64,000 nucleotides of DNA from positions 928,001 to 992,000 of the forward strand of contig CAWCAG010000005.1 in the NCBI GenBank assembly GCA_963793425.1. The letters run 5' to 3'. The translations under genes were made by a program, and so were the position numbers. Positions 61,020 to 64,000 of this stretch are shown here, piece by piece; within the stretch, counting starts at the first letter, position 1; the number at the start of each line of letters is the position of its first letter. Origin of the DNA: an uncultured cyanobacterium (lineage in GTDB: Bacteria > Cyanobacteriota > Cyanobacteriia > Cyanobacteriales > CAWCAG01). The notes beneath the pieces were generated by a model. The model was given only the letters and a program-made list of their open reading frames with translations. It was not told the DNA's origin and made no database searches.

Positions 61020-61607
61020 TTGAAGTTAATTCTTGTAGCCCCTAGCTCAACTCTCTACGCAGCATTTCAGGAATTTTTTACTCATTTACCTCACGTTGAG
61101 ATAATCAACAATTATTTTGAGTGGATAGCAGAATTTGATTGTTTAGTTAGCCCTGCAAACTCCTTTGGCATTATGGATGGTGGTATTGATGCTGCCATAA
61201 TTAAGTTCTTCGGACGTTCCTTAGAAGAAAGAGTTCAACAAAGAATTCTCAAAGATTATCTAGGGGAACAACCCGTTGGCACATCATTCATCGTTGAAAC
61301 AGAACATCCTAAGCACCCTTTTTTAGCTCATACTCCAACTATGCGAGTTCCCATGAGTATTAAGGGTACAGATATCCCTTATGTAGCAATGTGGGCAATG
61401 CTCTTGGCTGTGCGACAACACAACAAAAATTCTCAGCAGTTGATTCAGACGGTTGTCTGTCCTGGATTAGGGACAGGAATTGGTCAAGTTCCTTATTCTG
61501 AAGCTGCTCGACAAATGGCATTAGCTTATGATAACTTTCTCTATCCTCCCAAGTTTATTAATTGCTTCGTTGCGGCATCAAGACAGCTTCAAATTTGGGA
61601 AGGATGA
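61020..61607 (+). CDS. Macro (Appr-1-p processing) domain protein
   Basis: VSPANSFGIMDGGIDAAI, HTPTM, PGLGTG. True start is probably TTG 61020 after GGAG; the ORF-track extension looks spurious. Confidence 0.85.
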   Translation: MKLILVAPSSTLYAAFQEFFTHLPHVEIINNYFEWIAEFDCLVSPANSFGIMDGGIDAAIIKFFGRSLEERVQQRILKDYLGEQPVGTSFIVETEHPKHPFLAHTPTMRVPMSIKGTDIPYVAMWAMLLAVRQHNKNSQQLIQTVVCPGLGTGIGQVPYSEAARQMALAYDNFLYPPKFINCFVAASRQLQIWEG

Positions 61608-61744
61608 GATTGCCCATCAAGCATCAAACAGCAGCAAACCATAGCAATGTTCCACAAACATTGAAACTTCAAAGTTACCTCGTTGTAAAATCCAGTCATA
61701 AACAAGGATTCCGGTCAATCTGAGATTTTGAGGAATGTTCAAAT

Positions 61745-62749
61745 TCATTGGATTCTCGGATCAAAAAAAGCGTAGGAAATATCTACTAAAAGATTAATTG
61801 TGACAAATGCGATCGCAATAAAAACCACACCACCCTGAACTACAGGATAATCTCTAGCGAGGATGCCTTCATAAATCCAAGTACCAATTCCCGGCCAAGA
61901 AAAGATTGTTTCGGTAAGAATTGCCCCCCCTAAAAGAGTACCGAATTGCAAACCAATAATCGTACTAATTGGTAAAAAAGCATTTTTTAAGGCATGGCGT
62001 AAAATAACCCAAATTTCCTTAACTCCCTTCGCCCTGGCGGTACGAATATAATCTTGAGAAATAACTTCTAACATTGCAGAACGAGTAATTCTGGCAAGTA
62101 TAGCTAAGGGGATAGTTCCCAAGGCTACAGCAGGAAGGATTAAATGGGACAAAACATCTTTTAAGGCCGTTAAGTTAAATTGAATCAAAGCATCTAGAAC
62201 ATAAAACTGAGTAATTGGTTGAAAATGTAAGCTTTGGGTGGTGCTAATTCTGCCACTAGGAGGAAGCCATTGTAAGTGAACTGCAAATAAATAAATAAAC
62301 AGTAAACCTAACCAATAAACTGGCATTGAAACCCCAACTAATGACCCACTCATAGCTAGGTTATCTAACCAACTATCCTTTTTGATTGCGGCAATAATAC
62401 CGAAAGGAATACCAATAATAATTGCTATTAAAATAGCTGCGAGGGAAAGTTCAAAGGTGGCAGGAAAACGACTAGCAACTTCTTCTGTAATAGGAACGCC
62501 ACTAATAATACTTGTACCTAAATTTAAGGTAATTAACTGACTTAAGAAAGTAAGATATTGTTTAGGTAAGGGGTCATTTAATCCTAATTGTTCTCTCAAA
62601 GCTACTATACGTTCAGGAGTTGCTCTTTCCCCTAATAAAACCGTCGCCGGATCGCCAGGAATGAGATGAAGTAAGCAAAATACTAAAAGAGTAATGCCTA
62701 AAATAACCGGAATCAAACTGAGGAAACGTTTGAGAAAATAGTTGAACAT
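61745..62749 (-). CDS. dppB: Dipeptide/oligopeptide ABC transporter permease
   Basis: IPGDPA, PATFEL, DYIRTARAKG, RHALKNA, ETIFSWPG, DPRI. Confidence 0.88.
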   Translation of the reverse strand: MFNYFLKRFLSLIPVILGITLLVFCLLHLIPGDPATVLLGERATPERIVALREQLGLNDPLPKQYLTFLSQLITLNLGTSIISGVPITEEVASRFPATFELSLAAILIAIIIGIPFGIIAAIKKDSWLDNLAMSGSLVGVSMPVYWLGLLFIYLFAVHLQWLPPSGRISTTQSLHFQPITQFYVLDALIQFNLTALKDVLSHLILPAVALGTIPLAILARITRSAMLEVISQDYIRTARAKGVKEIWVILRHALKNAFLPISTIIGLQFGTLLGGAILTETIFSWPGIGTWIYEGILARDYPVVQGGVVFIAIAFVTINLLVDISYAFFDPRIQ

Positions 62750-62898
62750 TAAGTCTATTTAAAAAAACTAGGAACACTTAAAATATTGACTCGAATTCTG
62801 TAGAGTGAAGTTCGGGCAGTAATAATAAAGACTCCGCAAATCTAGATTAATAAATAGAACCTGCTTTTGAACTTAGTTCTCATAACTACTGAAGATTT

Positions 62899-63456
62899 TT
62901 ACTGTGCCAACTTTTGTTCTAAGCCAAACCCTACTAACATAACCTTCTCTAAAGCTTTTCCCTCTAAAGGACGCTGGTAGTTAACAATTTTTCTGAGGCG
63001 AAGATCCGGATTAACTAAAATAATTGAATCCACTGAAACAACGCGACTATAATTAGTTGTCATCAATAACTCTTTGCTAACCGGGTTAAAGCTAAAATGA
63101 GAAATAATTGGTCTAGCTTCTTCATAAGCTTGATCACGTAAATAGTCTCCTTCTAAAATGCCCTCTCTTTCAACTTTAGGAACAAATAACAAGTTCAATT
63201 CTTGACTAACTTCTTCCCCTTTCTCAGAAATAGTATAAAAACCCAAATTAAAACCAGGTAAACTTTCTAAAGAAGAACTATAGGTATATTCATTGTCAGC
63301 CAAAACTTGCTCCTTACCCTCAATCTTCAAAGGTTTAACCACAAACTCTGTTCGGGATCTTTCTACTTCCTGGTAAGTTAAATAATGGTAAGTGCGTTCC
63401 GCCTGCCATTTTCCAACACAGCAATGGAAAAACTGTTGAAATTCTTTCGTATCCAT
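62899..63456 (-). CDS. CpcS/CpeS-family phycobiliprotein lyase
   Basis: FF..CVGKW..ERTYH...LRD..Y.E...LRLR; beta-barrel lyase pattern; subfamily not resolved. Confidence 0.75.
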   Translation of the reverse strand: MDTKEFQQFFHCCVGKWQAERTYHYLTYQEVERSRTEFVVKPLKIEGKEQVLADNEYTYSSSLESLPGFNLGFYTISEKGEEVSQELNLLFVPKVEREGILEGDYLRDQAYEEARPIISHFSFNPVSKELLMTTNYSRVVSVDSIILVNPDLRLRKIVNYQRPLEGKALEKVMLVGFGLEQKLAQ

Positions 63457-63588
63457 ATTTCCTCTGAAGTTACTGGATTAGCTTCAAAAACTCCCTCAAA
63501 GAGAATTTGGGAGGATTAACCTCAAAATCTTATCAGATATAGGCTTGCTATGTTGGCATTTTAGTAACTAACCAGATTAAACACTCCC

Positions 63589-64000
63589 TCACAGTAAATC
63601 CTCTGCCATACTAAAATTAGCTGTTACATTCTGCACATCATCTAAAGCCTCTAAAGCTTCAATCATCTTCAGCAAAGATTGAGCTTGGTCAGGGTCAGTA
63701 ACTTCAATCGTACTATTAGGTATCCAGCGTAACTCTACTTCCGTCACTGGTAAGTTTTCTGCTTTAAGGGCTTGATGTAAATTCTCTAAATCTGCCACTG
63801 AACTAACAACCTCTGCCTCTTGAATCCCTTCCTCTTCAAATAACTCATAACTTTCTCCACCACCTTCTAGGGATGCTTCTAACAACTCCTCTTCGGTAAA
63901 CTCCCCTACTAAACAAACAACCCCTTTCTGTTCAAACATCCAGCTAACACAACCTGTCTCCCCCAAGTTACCTCCATTCTTGCTAAAAGCAGTCCTCAAA
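63589..64000 (-). CDS. yebC: YebC/PmpR family protein, C-terminal part (5' truncated by window edge)
   Basis: FSKNGGNLGETGCVSWMF...LEALDDVQNVTAN. Confidence 0.92.
   Translation of the reverse strand, partial: LRTAFSKNGGNLGETGCVSWMFEQKGVVCLVGEFTEEELLEASLEGGGESYELFEEEGIQEAEVVSSVADLENLHQALKAENLPVTEVELRWIPNSTIEVTDPDQAQSLLKMIEALEALDDVQNVTANFSMAEDLL

Overview
AT-rich chromosomal window from a cyanobacterium. Evidence: more than 20 HIP1 octamers (GCGATCGC), heptameric STRR repeats, plastocyanin, a CpcS-family lyase, Tic20, BioU and a cyanobacterial-type PilB. Most of it is conserved housekeeping: the proA end, eda, dapL, crcB, grpE-dnaK-dnaJ-tusA-rsgA divergent from pilB-pilT-pilC, bioU, DUF2997-ycf35-ferredoxin, pstSCAB, petE, rnpB, hisG, metG, lptC, dacB, plsX-fabH, dppB and yebC. 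There are two two-component signalling clusters. No CRISPR array, prophage or intact IS was found. The most interesting locus is missing from the ORF track (55.3-56.1 kb, minus strand). It runs: promoter with a palindromic operator, ydaO/yuaA c-di-AMP riboswitch, terminator, a second long hairpin that hides a Shine-Dalgarno site, an unannotated 72-codon ORF with only an ATA/ATT start, further hairpins, then an ArsB/NhaD-family ion transporter. Other points of note: tandem Pho boxes upstream of pstS, paired GAC-N5-GTC palindromes around the petE -10, heptamer repeats inside RNase P RNA helix P12, a long-form HisG, an internally deleted histidine-kinase pseudogene, an IS630 remnant, and a ~27-bp dispersed repeat that inserts into STRR tracts. 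All calls come from reading the sequence; no database searches were run.
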